Source: an uncultured Verrucomicrobiae bacterium
GTDB taxonomy: Bacteria > Verrucomicrobiota > Verrucomicrobiia > Chthoniobacterales > JAFAMB01
Assembly (NCBI GenBank): GCA_963813025.1
Contig: CAWEXO010000011.1
Location: forward strand, 955,927 to 1,019,926
Reading direction: 5' to 3'
DNA: 64,000 bases
A model generated the notes under the pieces. That model had not been told where the DNA came from, did no database searches, and worked only from the letters and a program-made list of their open reading frames with translations. Shown here in pieces: positions 39,588 through 48,396 of the stretch. Both the position numbers and the translations under genes were made by a program. Numbering within the stretch: the first letter of the stretch is position 1; each line of letters opens with the position of its first letter.

Positions 39588-40850
39588 TCACGGTCTTGCT
39601 TCCGCAGGGTTTTCCTGCCCAACGTTTACCTCGCTCGTTCTATGCATTTCGTTCGCCTCGCTCGGTTCACTCCGTTCGCGGCCATCGGCGAGAAGTCGCG
39701 TGCGCTTGTCGCCATGGGGCAGGTGAATGGAGACGCGCACGCCGTGTCCTTGAGTACTTTCGAGCTCAATTTCGCCGCCATGCTCTTGCACAATACGGCG
39801 GACGATCAGCAAACCGAGTCCCGAACCGGAGCTCTTGGTCGTGAAATAGGGTTGGAAAACCTTGCTCATGTTTTCCGGAGGAATGCCGCCGCCGGAATCG
39901 GAAAACGAGACCGATACGTAATCGTTGTTCCGCCACGAGTGCATGTGCAATAAACCCCCGGTTTTCATAGCTTGGAACGCGTTTTTGATAATGTTATAGA
40001 AAGCCTGTTTGATCTGATCGCGATCGAGTTGCAGAGGCGGAAGATCGGGATCTAATTCGGTTTCCACGAGGATATCGCGATCCTGGATCTCCGGTCGCAG
40101 AAAATCGATCGATTCCCGCAGGATCTGGTTCAGATCATGTAATTCGAAATGGGGGCTTGTCGGCCGGATCGCCCGGAGAAACTGGTGGACGATCGAGTCG
40201 AGGCGTCCAATCTCGCCTTTGGCGATGGCCAGTAAATCGAGGATCTCGTCACGGACCTGTGAGGGTGTGCGCTTCAGTTTTCGTTCGATCAACTGGAGAT
40301 GAATGTTGAGGGAGTTGAGTGGGTTGCCGATTTCGTGGGCCACGCCCGCCGCGAGCAGCGTCAATGCCGAGAGTTTCTCGCTCTCGATTGTGCGAGCGGC
40401 AGTTCGACGTTCTTCGGTGATGTCGCGCAGGATTACGGCAAATCCAACCAGGTCCTGGCGGACGACCGTCGAATCCGGGACACGTTTTTCCAAGTGCAAA
40501 GGGGCGACATAAAAATTCAGAAAGCGGTGCTGAGGATAAAAAACCTCGATATCGCTGCTGACGGTCCCCTCGATCGAGCGCAGCGTATTCCAACGCAATC
40601 CGCCCAGGGTGTCTTCGATCGATTTATTCAGGGCCGCATCGGGAGTCGTCCCAGCCAGATGAGCAGCCGCCGAATTGAGGAACTGGATTTTTCCTTCGAC
40701 ATCGGTGACCACGATCCCTTCGTTGAGCGCGTCGAAAATGCGTTCCAAAAAGCCCTTTTCCTGCGCCAACCGAACCAGATAGTTCTGAACTTCTTCCGGT
40801 TGAACTCGCCGGATTCGCTCAATCAGCTTATCGATAAAACCGGACTTCAT
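39588..40850 (-). CDS. PAS-domain sensor histidine kinase
   Basis: PAS region EGIVVTD; AHEIGNPL; NIIKNAFQA; PYFTTK; GSGLGL. Confidence 0.93.
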   Translation of the reverse strand: MKSGFIDKLIERIRRVQPEEVQNYLVRLAQEKGFLERIFDALNEGIVVTDVEGKIQFLNSAAAHLAGTTPDAALNKSIEDTLGGLRWNTLRSIEGTVSSDIEVFYPQHRFLNFYVAPLHLEKRVPDSTVVRQDLVGFAVILRDITEERRTAARTIESEKLSALTLLAAGVAHEIGNPLNSLNIHLQLIERKLKRTPSQVRDEILDLLAIAKGEIGRLDSIVHQFLRAIRPTSPHFELHDLNQILRESIDFLRPEIQDRDILVETELDPDLPPLQLDRDQIKQAFYNIIKNAFQAMKTGGLLHMHSWRNNDYVSVSFSDSGGGIPPENMSKVFQPYFTTKSSGSGLGLLIVRRIVQEHGGEIELESTQGHGVRVSIHLPHGDKRTRLLADGRERSEPSEANEMHRTSEVNVGQENPAEARP

Positions 40851-41677
40851 CGCATACCGACGATCCAAGAGAGTTTGCTCAGAACTGGCCGCAAAAGCGA
40901 GGGCGGAATCTCGGTTGCTCCTTCCAGGGTTGGCTCAAAGAGTTCACTAGGAAGAGCAGGCTGGAATCCGCTCGACAATATTTGGAGGCGTTCGTTCCGG
41001 TCCGCGGCTTGGATGGTAAGCTGTTCAAGCTGGTAATTGCTCTGCCGGACCACTGCATTGGCCAGGAAATCCTTGGCTTGAGGCGCAAACTCGGGCGCTA
41101 TACGAAGATCGAGATCCCAAGCCGGATTGCCCGCGCGATCGGTGACCTCATCGAAACGAACGATCTGAAACAAGGCTGCCAGCAAAGCGAGTTCCTGGTC
41201 CTTCAATGGAAGATGGAGGTCCGGCAAGGCGTCGGGGGCGCCCGGAGCTCCCGCCTCCGCGATGAGACGATCGGCCAGACGTTTGGGGTAAACCCAGACA
41301 CGTTGCTCGTTCCGGCACACGATCACTTTGTGATCGGGGTCGAGCGTTTCGACCCGCAGCTTGTCCGGCATCTGCAAGCTGATTCGGGCAGGTTGCCTGA
41401 GGAATAGTTGTGAGTCCGGAGAACTGGTTTGCTCGAGGATCACATCGGCTTGCCACGCCTTGGTGGGTGACCGGGAGCTAAATAACGCCGTATACGGCTG
41501 CAGTGTCCGGGCTAGCACATCGTATTTGTTTTGGGCTCCGGCCCAAACCGGCCGGCAAAGAGTGAATGCCATAAAGAGACAACAAAATGTGGCAACCGAT
41601 TTTGAAGTGGAGCCGCACCGGATAACAATCAGATGCATAGATGGTTGATTAGTAGTGCGAGCCTGCATCGCTCGCAA
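40847..41677 (-). CDS. Exported protein, possibly LolA-like fold (start uncertain)
   Basis: Signal-like segment; PDKLRVE..VWVY and PSELFEP patterns; ATGA overlap with the kinase. Confidence 0.55.
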   Translation of the reverse strand: MRAMQARTTNQPSMHLIVIRCGSTSKSVATFCCLFMAFTLCRPVWAGAQNKYDVLARTLQPYTALFSSRSPTKAWQADVILEQTSSPDSQLFLRQPARISLQMPDKLRVETLDPDHKVIVCRNEQRVWVYPKRLADRLIAEAGAPGAPDALPDLHLPLKDQELALLAALFQIVRFDEVTDRAGNPAWDLDLRIAPEFAPQAKDFLANAVVRQSNYQLEQLTIQAADRNERLQILSSGFQPALPSELFEPTLEGATEIPPSLLRPVLSKLSWIVGMR

Positions 41678-41741
41678 ATCTTCAGGGATTTGCGAGCGAT
41701 GCAGGCTCCGATCTTGAACTCTCGCGATCGTTCGCTAAAGA

Positions 41742-42512
41742 TTGGCAGCTGTGTTTGTTTTCGCCCCTTTGCTGGCTGTACGCTCTGGTGGCTTGGTCTA
41801 CGCTTTTACGGAGGCGACGCCGGAGGGCAAGCTGGTCCTGCTGGCCCTTTTTGTCGGATCAATCTTCAGTTGGTCGGTCATGGTCACCAAGCTCCGCATC
41901 GTGCGTCTGGCGCGGCAGCAGAACGAACGTTTCCTCGAATTGTTTCGATCGGATCGGCAGCCGCTCAAGATCTACGAGTCAAGGGTGCGCTTCGATGGTT
42001 CGCCGCTTTACAGCATCTACCGGGAGGGTTGCCGGGAGTTGACCTTTCACCTGCTCGGATCGACCGAAGTGGATGACACCTTCTGGGCCCGGCTGGAAAT
42101 TGCGGAGCGGATCACTCCAGCCCAAATGCGAGTTGTCAGCACGGCGATGGAACGCGCGGTGGGCGAATCGGCTTTGCGTCTCGAGGCGCAGATGATCCTT
42201 TTGGCCACGGCCGTCAGTGGCGCGCCTTTCCTCGGACTGCTCGGAACGGTCTGGGGTGTGATGGACGCATTTTCCGGGGTTGCCCTCGCGGGCTCAGCTA
42301 ATCTGCAAGCAATGGCGCCCGGCGTTTCCGGCGCCCTGATTACTACCGTTACCGGCCTGCTGGTCGCCATTCCGGCAATGTTCGGCTATAACTTTCTCGT
42401 CACCAGCATTCGATCACTCATTGTGCAAAGCGAAAATTTCGCGGCTGAACTCGCTTCTGAATTTGAGCATAAATTCGTGAATCACGGCAACCGGCCGGCT
42501 TTCGTCAGATGA
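41742..42512 (+). CDS. MotA/TolQ/ExbB proton channel protein
   Basis: APFLGLLGTVWGVM, APGVSGALITTVTGLLVAIPA. Confidence 0.92.
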   Translation: MAAVFVFAPLLAVRSGGLVYAFTEATPEGKLVLLALFVGSIFSWSVMVTKLRIVRLARQQNERFLELFRSDRQPLKIYESRVRFDGSPLYSIYREGCRELTFHLLGSTEVDDTFWARLEIAERITPAQMRVVSTAMERAVGESALRLEAQMILLATAVSGAPFLGLLGTVWGVMDAFSGVALAGSANLQAMAPGVSGALITTVTGLLVAIPAMFGYNFLVTSIRSLIVQSENFAAELASEFEHKFVNHGNRPAFVR

Positions 42513-42955
42513 GCTTTCGCCGATTTTCTGAACGCCCGACGGTGCACACGCTGACCGAGATCAATGTCACGCCATTGCTCGATTTGGCCTTTGTCCTGCT
42601 CATTATCTTTATCATTACGACTCCGCTCATGGAAAACAGCGTCAATCTTGTCGTGCCGACAAGCGCCGAAGCCAACCAGACGATTGACCGGTCCCAGGTG
42701 CAAGTGGTCGCGATCGACAAAGACGAAGTGATTCGGCTGAATGACCAGGTGGTTGACGCCGCTACCTTGGAAGTGCGTCTGAGCGCTTTGCACGCCGACA
42801 AACCGGACGGTGCCGTGGTTGTTCGGCCAGACCGCAGTTTGAGTGTGCAGAAATTCATCGGGATCATGGACATTTTGCAACGCGCAAAAATCCCCAAGGT
42901 AGGCGTCCTCACGCGTCCAAACGACTCTTCCGATGTGGGACGACCGTCCGAGTGA
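42509..42955 (+). CDS. ExbD/TolR family protein
   Basis: EINVTPLLDLAFVLLIIFII. Confidence 0.93.
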   Translation: MSFRRFSERPTVHTLTEINVTPLLDLAFVLLIIFIITTPLMENSVNLVVPTSAEANQTIDRSQVQVVAIDKDEVIRLNDQVVDAATLEVRLSALHADKPDGAVVVRPDRSLSVQKFIGIMDILQRAKIPKVGVLTRPNDSSDVGRPSE

Positions 42956-44072
42956 GGAGAATCCAGGGTTTAAAACCACCTTGGTTCTTATTGCCGGGGC
43001 GCACCTTCTGATCATCGGCGCGCTGATCTACTTCGGCTCGATCCAGGCCAAGCCGCCAGCGGAACAGCTGGTCTGGCTGAACCCGGGATCGTTTGGCGGC
43101 GCCTCCGCCAATTCCGCGGAGACCAAGGAACCGGAGAGTGCCAGCCCGGACGCAGCTGAGCCGGGGGCCTCGGCCGCAGTCCGCGAAGAGGCTCCTACCA
43201 AGGATGTCGGCCAGCAGGAAGAGAATAGTCCCATCACTCCTGCAATGCCGGCGCCTGCCGCAGTAGAAGCGCCAACTCCTCCGCCTCCGCCAGCGCCGCC
43301 TCCACCGATCGCGACACCTCCCGAGTTGACGGTTCCGGCGACAACACCAAAGCCGATCCCGGCCAAGCCGGTTCCGACACCAACCGCGACGCCACGCCAT
43401 AAGCCCGAACCCACGCCTAAACCGACACCCAGACCGACGCCTGGAGCGACACCTAAACCCGCCGAGAAGCCGCGGCCGAAGCCTAAACCTCAAACGAAGG
43501 CGGAAGCGAAAGACAAAGACAAAGGGAACGAGAAAGAGGAGTCGACCTCGAAAGCCCGGCCATCGCCCAAGAGTACTCCCAACAGCGAAGAGTCCACCGG
43601 GGTGGCAAAAGAAAGAAAACCGACGCCGGCTCCGGAAAAGAAAGGCAAGGAAATAGCCCAGGCGAAGCCGAAACCGTCTCCGGCGGCGCACGCCGGCGAA
43701 TCGGAAAAAAGTGAGACCTCGGCGGGAACTGAAGCGAAAAAGGCCGGGGCAGGCAATGGTACGGGCAAAGGAGAAGCTGCCGGGGCCGGAGATTCCAATC
43801 TCGCTTACTATGCCGAGATCATAAAAAACCGGTTTCAAGCTGCTTGGAATCAGCCGCATGGGGCCATCACGGCCGGAACCGAGCTTGTTGCGACGGTCAA
43901 GCTACGGATTGAGCCCGACGGCACCGTCACCGATTTTACTTTGGTCGACGGTTCAGGGAATGCCGTCGTGGATCAAAGTGTTCTCGAGGCCGGCCAAAAA
44001 ATCAGCAAATTACCGCCGCCACCCGGCGGCGCGGCCTTCTCACCGGTCGTCCGATTCGAACTTGGAGACTGA
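42933..44072 (+). CDS. TonB/TolA-like energy transducer
   Basis: N-terminal TM with His; long Pro/Lys-rich linker; C-terminal IEPDG..SGNAVVDQSV. Confidence 0.85.
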   Translation: MWDDRPSEENPGFKTTLVLIAGAHLLIIGALIYFGSIQAKPPAEQLVWLNPGSFGGASANSAETKEPESASPDAAEPGASAAVREEAPTKDVGQQEENSPITPAMPAPAAVEAPTPPPPPAPPPPIATPPELTVPATTPKPIPAKPVPTPTATPRHKPEPTPKPTPRPTPGATPKPAEKPRPKPKPQTKAEAKDKDKGNEKEESTSKARPSPKSTPNSEESTGVAKERKPTPAPEKKGKEIAQAKPKPSPAAHAGESEKSETSAGTEAKKAGAGNGTGKGEAAGAGDSNLAYYAEIIKNRFQAAWNQPHGAITAGTELVATVKLRIEPDGTVTDFTLVDGSGNAVVDQSVLEAGQKISKLPPPPGGAAFSPVVRFELGD

Positions 44073-44073
44073 T

Positions 44074-44320
44074 GGGGAAGCGGGGGGAGCGGAGGGAGCG
44101 GCTTCAGCGGGGGGCAGGTAGCGCGAGAGCTTAGAAGCTGAAAGCTGCACATTTGCAAAAGGCGCCGAATCCTCTGAAGGACGCCGATATGCACGGTTGT
44201 GAGCTGCGTTCACTTTCCAACTACCTCCCTTCGCTCCCTCCGCTCCCTTCGCTCCCTCCGCTCCCTTCGCTCCCTCCGCTCCCTTCGCTCCCTCCGCTTC
44301 CCCAATCGCTCCCCCCGCTT
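44074..44320. repeat. Nonamer tandem-array hairpin with GTAG/CTAC core
   Basis: (CTCCCTTCG CTCCCTCCG) x4 at 44225-44296; complementary arm at 44074-44100; GTAGCGCG at 44118; CTAC at 44221. Confidence 0.85.
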
Positions 44321-44323
44321 TAA

Positions 44324-45889
44324 TTACACCGTGACGATTTCTGCTTGGGCATCGCTCTCGACTCGCGCTGGAACGCCAAGGCTTAGCACCCGATTGGCAG
44401 CGTTGAGATAAGCTCGCGCGCTGGCTTCGACCACGTCTGTGCTGGCGCCTTTTCCACTGACCAGCCGTCCGCCGCCGAAATCACACTTCACCGTCACTTC
44501 GCCAAGAGCATCCTTGCCGCCCGACGTCGCGTTGACATGGTACTCGACCAGGTGGCCCCGCTGCTCCAGCAGCCGGTCGATCGCTTTCATTGCGGCGTCG
44601 ACTGCCCCATTTCCCGGGGAAGAGTCTTGCACCAATTCTTCGCCTCGCCGCAGCCGGATCGTCGCAGTCGGGATCGTGGTTGTCCCAGAGACTACGTTAA
44701 TGTAATCGAGGTGCCAGGCTTCATGGTTGATGCCCATCGCATCGTCGACCAGAGCGTGGAGATCTTCGTCGTAAACAAATTTCTTCTTATCACCGACCTC
44801 TTTAAATCGAATGAAGATCTCATCGATTTCCCTTTCGGATAGCTGGTAACCGAGATGAATCAGGCGCTTGGCCATCGCGTGCCGTCCGCTGTGCTTGGTC
44901 AACGGCAGTTCCGTTTCTCCCCACCCAATTTCCTTCGGATCCATGATTTCATAGGTCTCCCGGTTTTTCAGAATGCCGTCTTGATGAATGCCGGCGCCGT
45001 GCGCGAAGGCGTTTTCGCCGACAATCGCTTTGCTCCGAGCTACGATCAGGCCGCTCATCCGGCTGACCAGGCGAGACGTTTTCACAATCTCGCGCGTGTT
45101 GATGTCTGTAGTGTAGTTCGAGTACTGATCGGCCCGGGTCCGCATCGCCATGATCACCTCTTCCAGAGCGACATTTCCCGCGCGTTCGCCGATCCCGTTG
45201 ATGGTGCCTTCCACTTGGCGCGCGCCCGCGGTGATTGCAGCCAGCGAGTTGGCCACCGCTAAGCCAAGATCATTGTGACAGTGCACGCTGATCACGGCGT
45301 CATCGATGTTTCGAACGTTATCTTTTAAATACCGGATCAGTGCCCCGAACTGCTCAGGAACCGCGTAACCGACAGTATCGGGAATGTTGACGGTGGTTGC
45401 TCCTGCCTTGATCGCGGCTTCCACGACTTCCGCCAAAAACTCCGGCTCCGTCCGGGAGGCGTCTTCCGGCGAAAACTCAACATCGCGCACCAGCGCTCGC
45501 GCTCGCTGCACCCCTTCCATACAAAGCCGGACGATTTCTTCATGCGCTTTCTTTAGTTTAAACTCGCGATGTATTTTTGAGGTCGCCAGAAAAACATGGA
45601 TCCGGCCCCTCTCGCCCGCGGGTTTCACCGCGGCGCCGGCGGCGTCGATGTCATTGGGCACGCAACGCGCCAGACCGGCAATGATCGGCCCGCGCACCTG
45701 AGTGGCGATTTGCTCCACAGACTCAAAATCTCCCTCACTAATCACGGGAAATCCGGCCTCGATCACATCGACGTTCAGCCGCTGCAATTGTCGAGCGATT
45801 TCCATTTTTTCCCGGAGATTCATTGAGGCGCCGGGACACTGCTCGCCATCACGCAAAGTGGTATCGAAAATAGAGATCTTTTCTGCCAT
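44324..45889 (-). CDS. leuA: 2-isopropylmalate synthase
   Basis: FDTTLRDGEQ, HCHNDLG, GIGERAGN, HQDG; C-terminal regulatory domain. Confidence 0.96.
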   Translation of the reverse strand: MAEKISIFDTTLRDGEQCPGASMNLREKMEIARQLQRLNVDVIEAGFPVISEGDFESVEQIATQVRGPIIAGLARCVPNDIDAAGAAVKPAGERGRIHVFLATSKIHREFKLKKAHEEIVRLCMEGVQRARALVRDVEFSPEDASRTEPEFLAEVVEAAIKAGATTVNIPDTVGYAVPEQFGALIRYLKDNVRNIDDAVISVHCHNDLGLAVANSLAAITAGARQVEGTINGIGERAGNVALEEVIMAMRTRADQYSNYTTDINTREIVKTSRLVSRMSGLIVARSKAIVGENAFAHGAGIHQDGILKNRETYEIMDPKEIGWGETELPLTKHSGRHAMAKRLIHLGYQLSEREIDEIFIRFKEVGDKKKFVYDEDLHALVDDAMGINHEAWHLDYINVVSGTTTIPTATIRLRRGEELVQDSSPGNGAVDAAMKAIDRLLEQRGHLVEYHVNATSGGKDALGEVTVKCDFGGGRLVSGKGASTDVVEASARAYLNAANRVLSLGVPARVESDAQAEIVTV

Positions 45890-45906
45890 ACAAATTTTTG
45901 AAGGTT

Positions 45907-45950
45907 AAAATCTCGGTGGATCTGCCAGCGGCCAGAGCCGTTTCCACCGA
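45907..45950 (-). terminator. Putative attenuator terminator upstream of leuA
   Basis: Stem TCGGTGGA/TCCACCGA with inner CGGC-TCTG-GCCG hairpin, followed by GATTTT on the minus strand. Confidence 0.55.
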
Positions 45951-45970
45951 TCACGATTCTGACCTAAGAA

Positions 45971-46063
45971 CTACGAATTGGAGCTGAGAGGAGAGAGAAA
46001 GTTCGGGGCGCCACTCCCGAGCAGGAGAAGATTGAGAAGCAAAAGCGGAAAGCTCTGGCGCAT
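45971..46063 (-). CDS. Leucine-rich leader peptide (30 aa) of leuA
   Basis: MRQSFPLLLLNLLLLGSGAPNFLSPLSSNS*: 8 Leu in 9 consecutive codons; ends about 80 nt before leuA. Confidence 0.8.
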   Translation of the reverse strand: MRQSFPLLLLNLLLLGSGAPNFLSPLSSNS

Positions 46064-46105
46064 TAGGGGTGAAAGTAATCGAGTAGCGGAACGTTGCAAC
46101 TTCGA

Positions 46106-46144
46106 AAATGCCACAATCAAAAAATGCCACAAATGAAGAAACGG
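46106..46144 (+). repeat. Left inverted repeat of the four-helix-bundle cassette
   Basis: AAATGCCACAATCAAAAAATGCCACAAATGAAGAAACGG. Confidence 0.85.
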
Positions 46145-46209
46145 CGATAACGCTCTCGTGCCGGTTAAAATAAAGTTGTAAAACTACATAATTATTATAT
46201 GTTTCGTAG

Positions 46210-46551
46210 ATGTTGCAAACCAAAACTCATGAGCTTGCTCTGGTGGTAATACAGCTCGCGGGATTTTGTCGAAAAGACTTGGCCAGCGATATCGTCGTCC
46301 GGCAGTTGGTTCGTTGTGCAACGTCGACCGCTGCCAACTTCCGGGCGGTGATTCAAGCCCGCTCAAAATCCGAGTTCTTGGCCAAGTTGAATGTCGTGTT
46401 GGAAGAGGCCGATGAAACCAGGTTTTGGCTACGCCTACTTCTAGACGCCGGAATTATTTCTGAACCGACTGTTAACGCTCCACTTGCTATAGCGGAAGAG
46501 TGCGTCGCTATGGCTTTGGCTGCTCGAAGAACTGCGCGCGCTCGAAGGTAG
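46210..46551 (+). CDS. Four helix bundle protein (23S rRNA IVS-protein/Avd-like family)
   Basis: RQLVRCATSTAANFRA..ARSKSEFLAKLNVVLEEADETRFWLRLL. Confidence 0.9.
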   Translation: MLQTKTHELALVVIQLAGFCRKDLASDIVVRQLVRCATSTAANFRAVIQARSKSEFLAKLNVVLEEADETRFWLRLLLDAGIISEPTVNAPLAIAEECVAMALAARRTARARR

Positions 46552-46589
46552 GCCGCAGTTTCATTGGTGGCGTTTCTCTCTATGCGCCT

Positions 46590-46638
46590 CCGTTTCTTCA
46601 TTTGTGGCATTTGTGGCATTTTTTGATTTGTGGCATTT
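46590..46638 (-). repeat. Right inverted repeat of the four-helix-bundle cassette
   Basis: CCGTTTCTTCATTTGTGGCATTTGTGGCATTTTTTGATTTGTGGCATTT: reverse complement of the left arm plus one extra 9-mer and one extra base. Confidence 0.85.
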
Positions 46639-46644
46639 CTTCCT

Positions 46645-48396
46645 ATGCCCGCCCGCATCTGGCGTTTTTCGGACCAACCCTCCAGCGAACCGTTGCTGGA
46701 CGCGCTTCGGGCATTGAGCATCTCTCCGGTCCTTCGGTCCGTGCTGTCTCGCGCGGGAGTGACGACACTCGAAGAACTGGACCAGTTCGTTAATCCTCGG
46801 CTCCGCCAATTGGGCGATCCTTTTGCGATTGCTGGCCTGCACGCGGCGGCGGAAAGAATCCTTCAGGCAATCGATCGACAAGAGAAGGTGGTCCTCTACG
46901 GCGATTACGACGTCGATGGGATCACATCGGTCGCTTTGCTCGCACGGCTTTTGCGTGAGTACGGCTTATCGGCTGGAACGTTTCTCCCGCTTCGTTTGGA
47001 GGAAGGTTATGGGCTTTCGGAGGAAGGCGTTGAACGCTGCCTTACAGTCTTTTCGCCAACGCTTTTGATCGCCTTGGATTGTGGCACCTCATCTGCGGAT
47101 CGAATCACGTCGATTGAGCAACGCGGGATCGACGTGCTGGTGGTTGATCATCACGCGACCACGGCTCAGCCGCCGCGTTGCTGTGCCTTCGTAAACCCCC
47201 AGACTGGTCCGGATTACCATTATCTCTGTACCGTGGGATTGGTCTTTAAGCTTTGCCACGGGCTGCTCAAGTTGCGTCGGTTGCCGTCGACCGACCTGAA
47301 AGATTACCTTGACTTGGTGGCCGTCGGAACGGTCGCGGATCTGGTTCCCTTGGTTCGGGAGAATCGCACTCTGGTGCATCACGGCTTACGGCTTTTAGCC
47401 GCCTCTCGCTGGGTGGGACTGCGGGCCCTGAGCGAGGTTTGCGGACTCCGCGAACAGATTCGGCCGTCGCACGTCGCGTTTCGCCTTGGGCCCCGCCTCA
47501 ACGCGGCCGGTCGCCTCGGCATCGCGCAAGAAGCGCTCGAACTTCTGCTGACCGACGACCTTGTCCGGGCGCGGATTTTGGCGGAATCGCTAGAGCAGCA
47601 AAACCGGTCGAGGCAAGATGTCGAGCAACGGACCTTCGATCAGGCGCTCGTTTTGTTAAACGGATTTTTCGATCAGGAGCGTCATTCAGCAATTGTTGTC
47701 GGAGCCAAGGATTGGCATCCGGGAGTCGTGGGGATTGTTGCCTCGCGGTTGGCGCGTCATTTTCATCGGCCAAGCCTGGTCATTGCTTTTGGCGTGGACG
47801 GGCGGGGGAAAGGAAGTGGGCGCAGCATTCCAGGCTTTTCTTTAGTAAAAGGTCTAGAAGCTTGCCGGGAGCATCTTGAGCTTTACGGCGGTCACGAAAT
47901 GGCCGCTGGACTCTCGGTCTCGATCGAGCACTTCGAGTCTTTCGCGGAAGCATTTCGCCAATTCGCCGCGGCCGATTTGAATCCAGAATTGCTTCGACCG
48001 CGGCTGACGATTGATTGCGAGGTGGGAGAGGCAGATCTGAATTTTGCGCTCCTCACGGATCATGAAAAACTTCAGCCTTTTGGCATGGGCAATCCGCCGC
48101 CGATCTTCTGTCTGCGCGGTGTAATGCCCACCGGAGAGCCGAAGTTTATCCGAGACAAACATCGCGTTCTCAGCGTCCGCCAGCATCGCCGAGTTTTCAG
48201 CGCTCTGCAGTTCAACAGCGCAACAGCACCCTTGCCTGAACCACCTTGGGACATTGCTTTTGCGCTCGAATCCAATGTGTTCCGGGACAGGATCGAACTT
48301 CAACTTCACGTCGAAGAAATCCGAAGCGCGGTGGCGGCAAATGGGTGCGTGACTGCAGCTGCAGCCGAGGCCGCTAGTGCACCGTCTCTCATATAA
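46645..48396 (+). CDS. recJ: Single-stranded DNA exonuclease RecJ
   Basis: YGDYDVDG, DCG, DHH, GTVAD, PRLNAAGR, GSGRS, GGH, LQPFGMGNP. Confidence 0.96.
   Translation: MPARIWRFSDQPSSEPLLDALRALSISPVLRSVLSRAGVTTLEELDQFVNPRLRQLGDPFAIAGLHAAAERILQAIDRQEKVVLYGDYDVDGITSVALLARLLREYGLSAGTFLPLRLEEGYGLSEEGVERCLTVFSPTLLIALDCGTSSADRITSIEQRGIDVLVVDHHATTAQPPRCCAFVNPQTGPDYHYLCTVGLVFKLCHGLLKLRRLPSTDLKDYLDLVAVGTVADLVPLVRENRTLVHHGLRLLAASRWVGLRALSEVCGLREQIRPSHVAFRLGPRLNAAGRLGIAQEALELLLTDDLVRARILAESLEQQNRSRQDVEQRTFDQALVLLNGFFDQERHSAIVVGAKDWHPGVVGIVASRLARHFHRPSLVIAFGVDGRGKGSGRSIPGFSLVKGLEACREHLELYGGHEMAAGLSVSIEHFESFAEAFRQFAAADLNPELLRPRLTIDCEVGEADLNFALLTDHEKLQPFGMGNPPPIFCLRGVMPTGEPKFIRDKHRVLSVRQHRRVFSALQFNSATAPLPEPPWDIAFALESNVFRDRIELQLHVEEIRSAVAANGCVTAAAAEAASAPSLI

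Noticed and set aside
42909..43859. Long Arg/Gly-rich antisense ORFs over the TonB-like gene
   Set aside because: These are shadow frames of a Pro/Lys/Ala low-complexity coding sequence.
44225..44296. CRISPR array
   Set aside because: The units are contiguous 9-mers with no spacers, and there are no cas genes in the window.
44199..44411. 70-aa ORF with SLR repeats
   Set aside because: It is a translation of the nonamer array, overlaps leuA antisense, and has no independent coding evidence.
46210..46551. Diversity-generating retroelement (Avd-like gene)
   Set aside because: No reverse transcriptase and no template/variable repeat pair is visible in the window.
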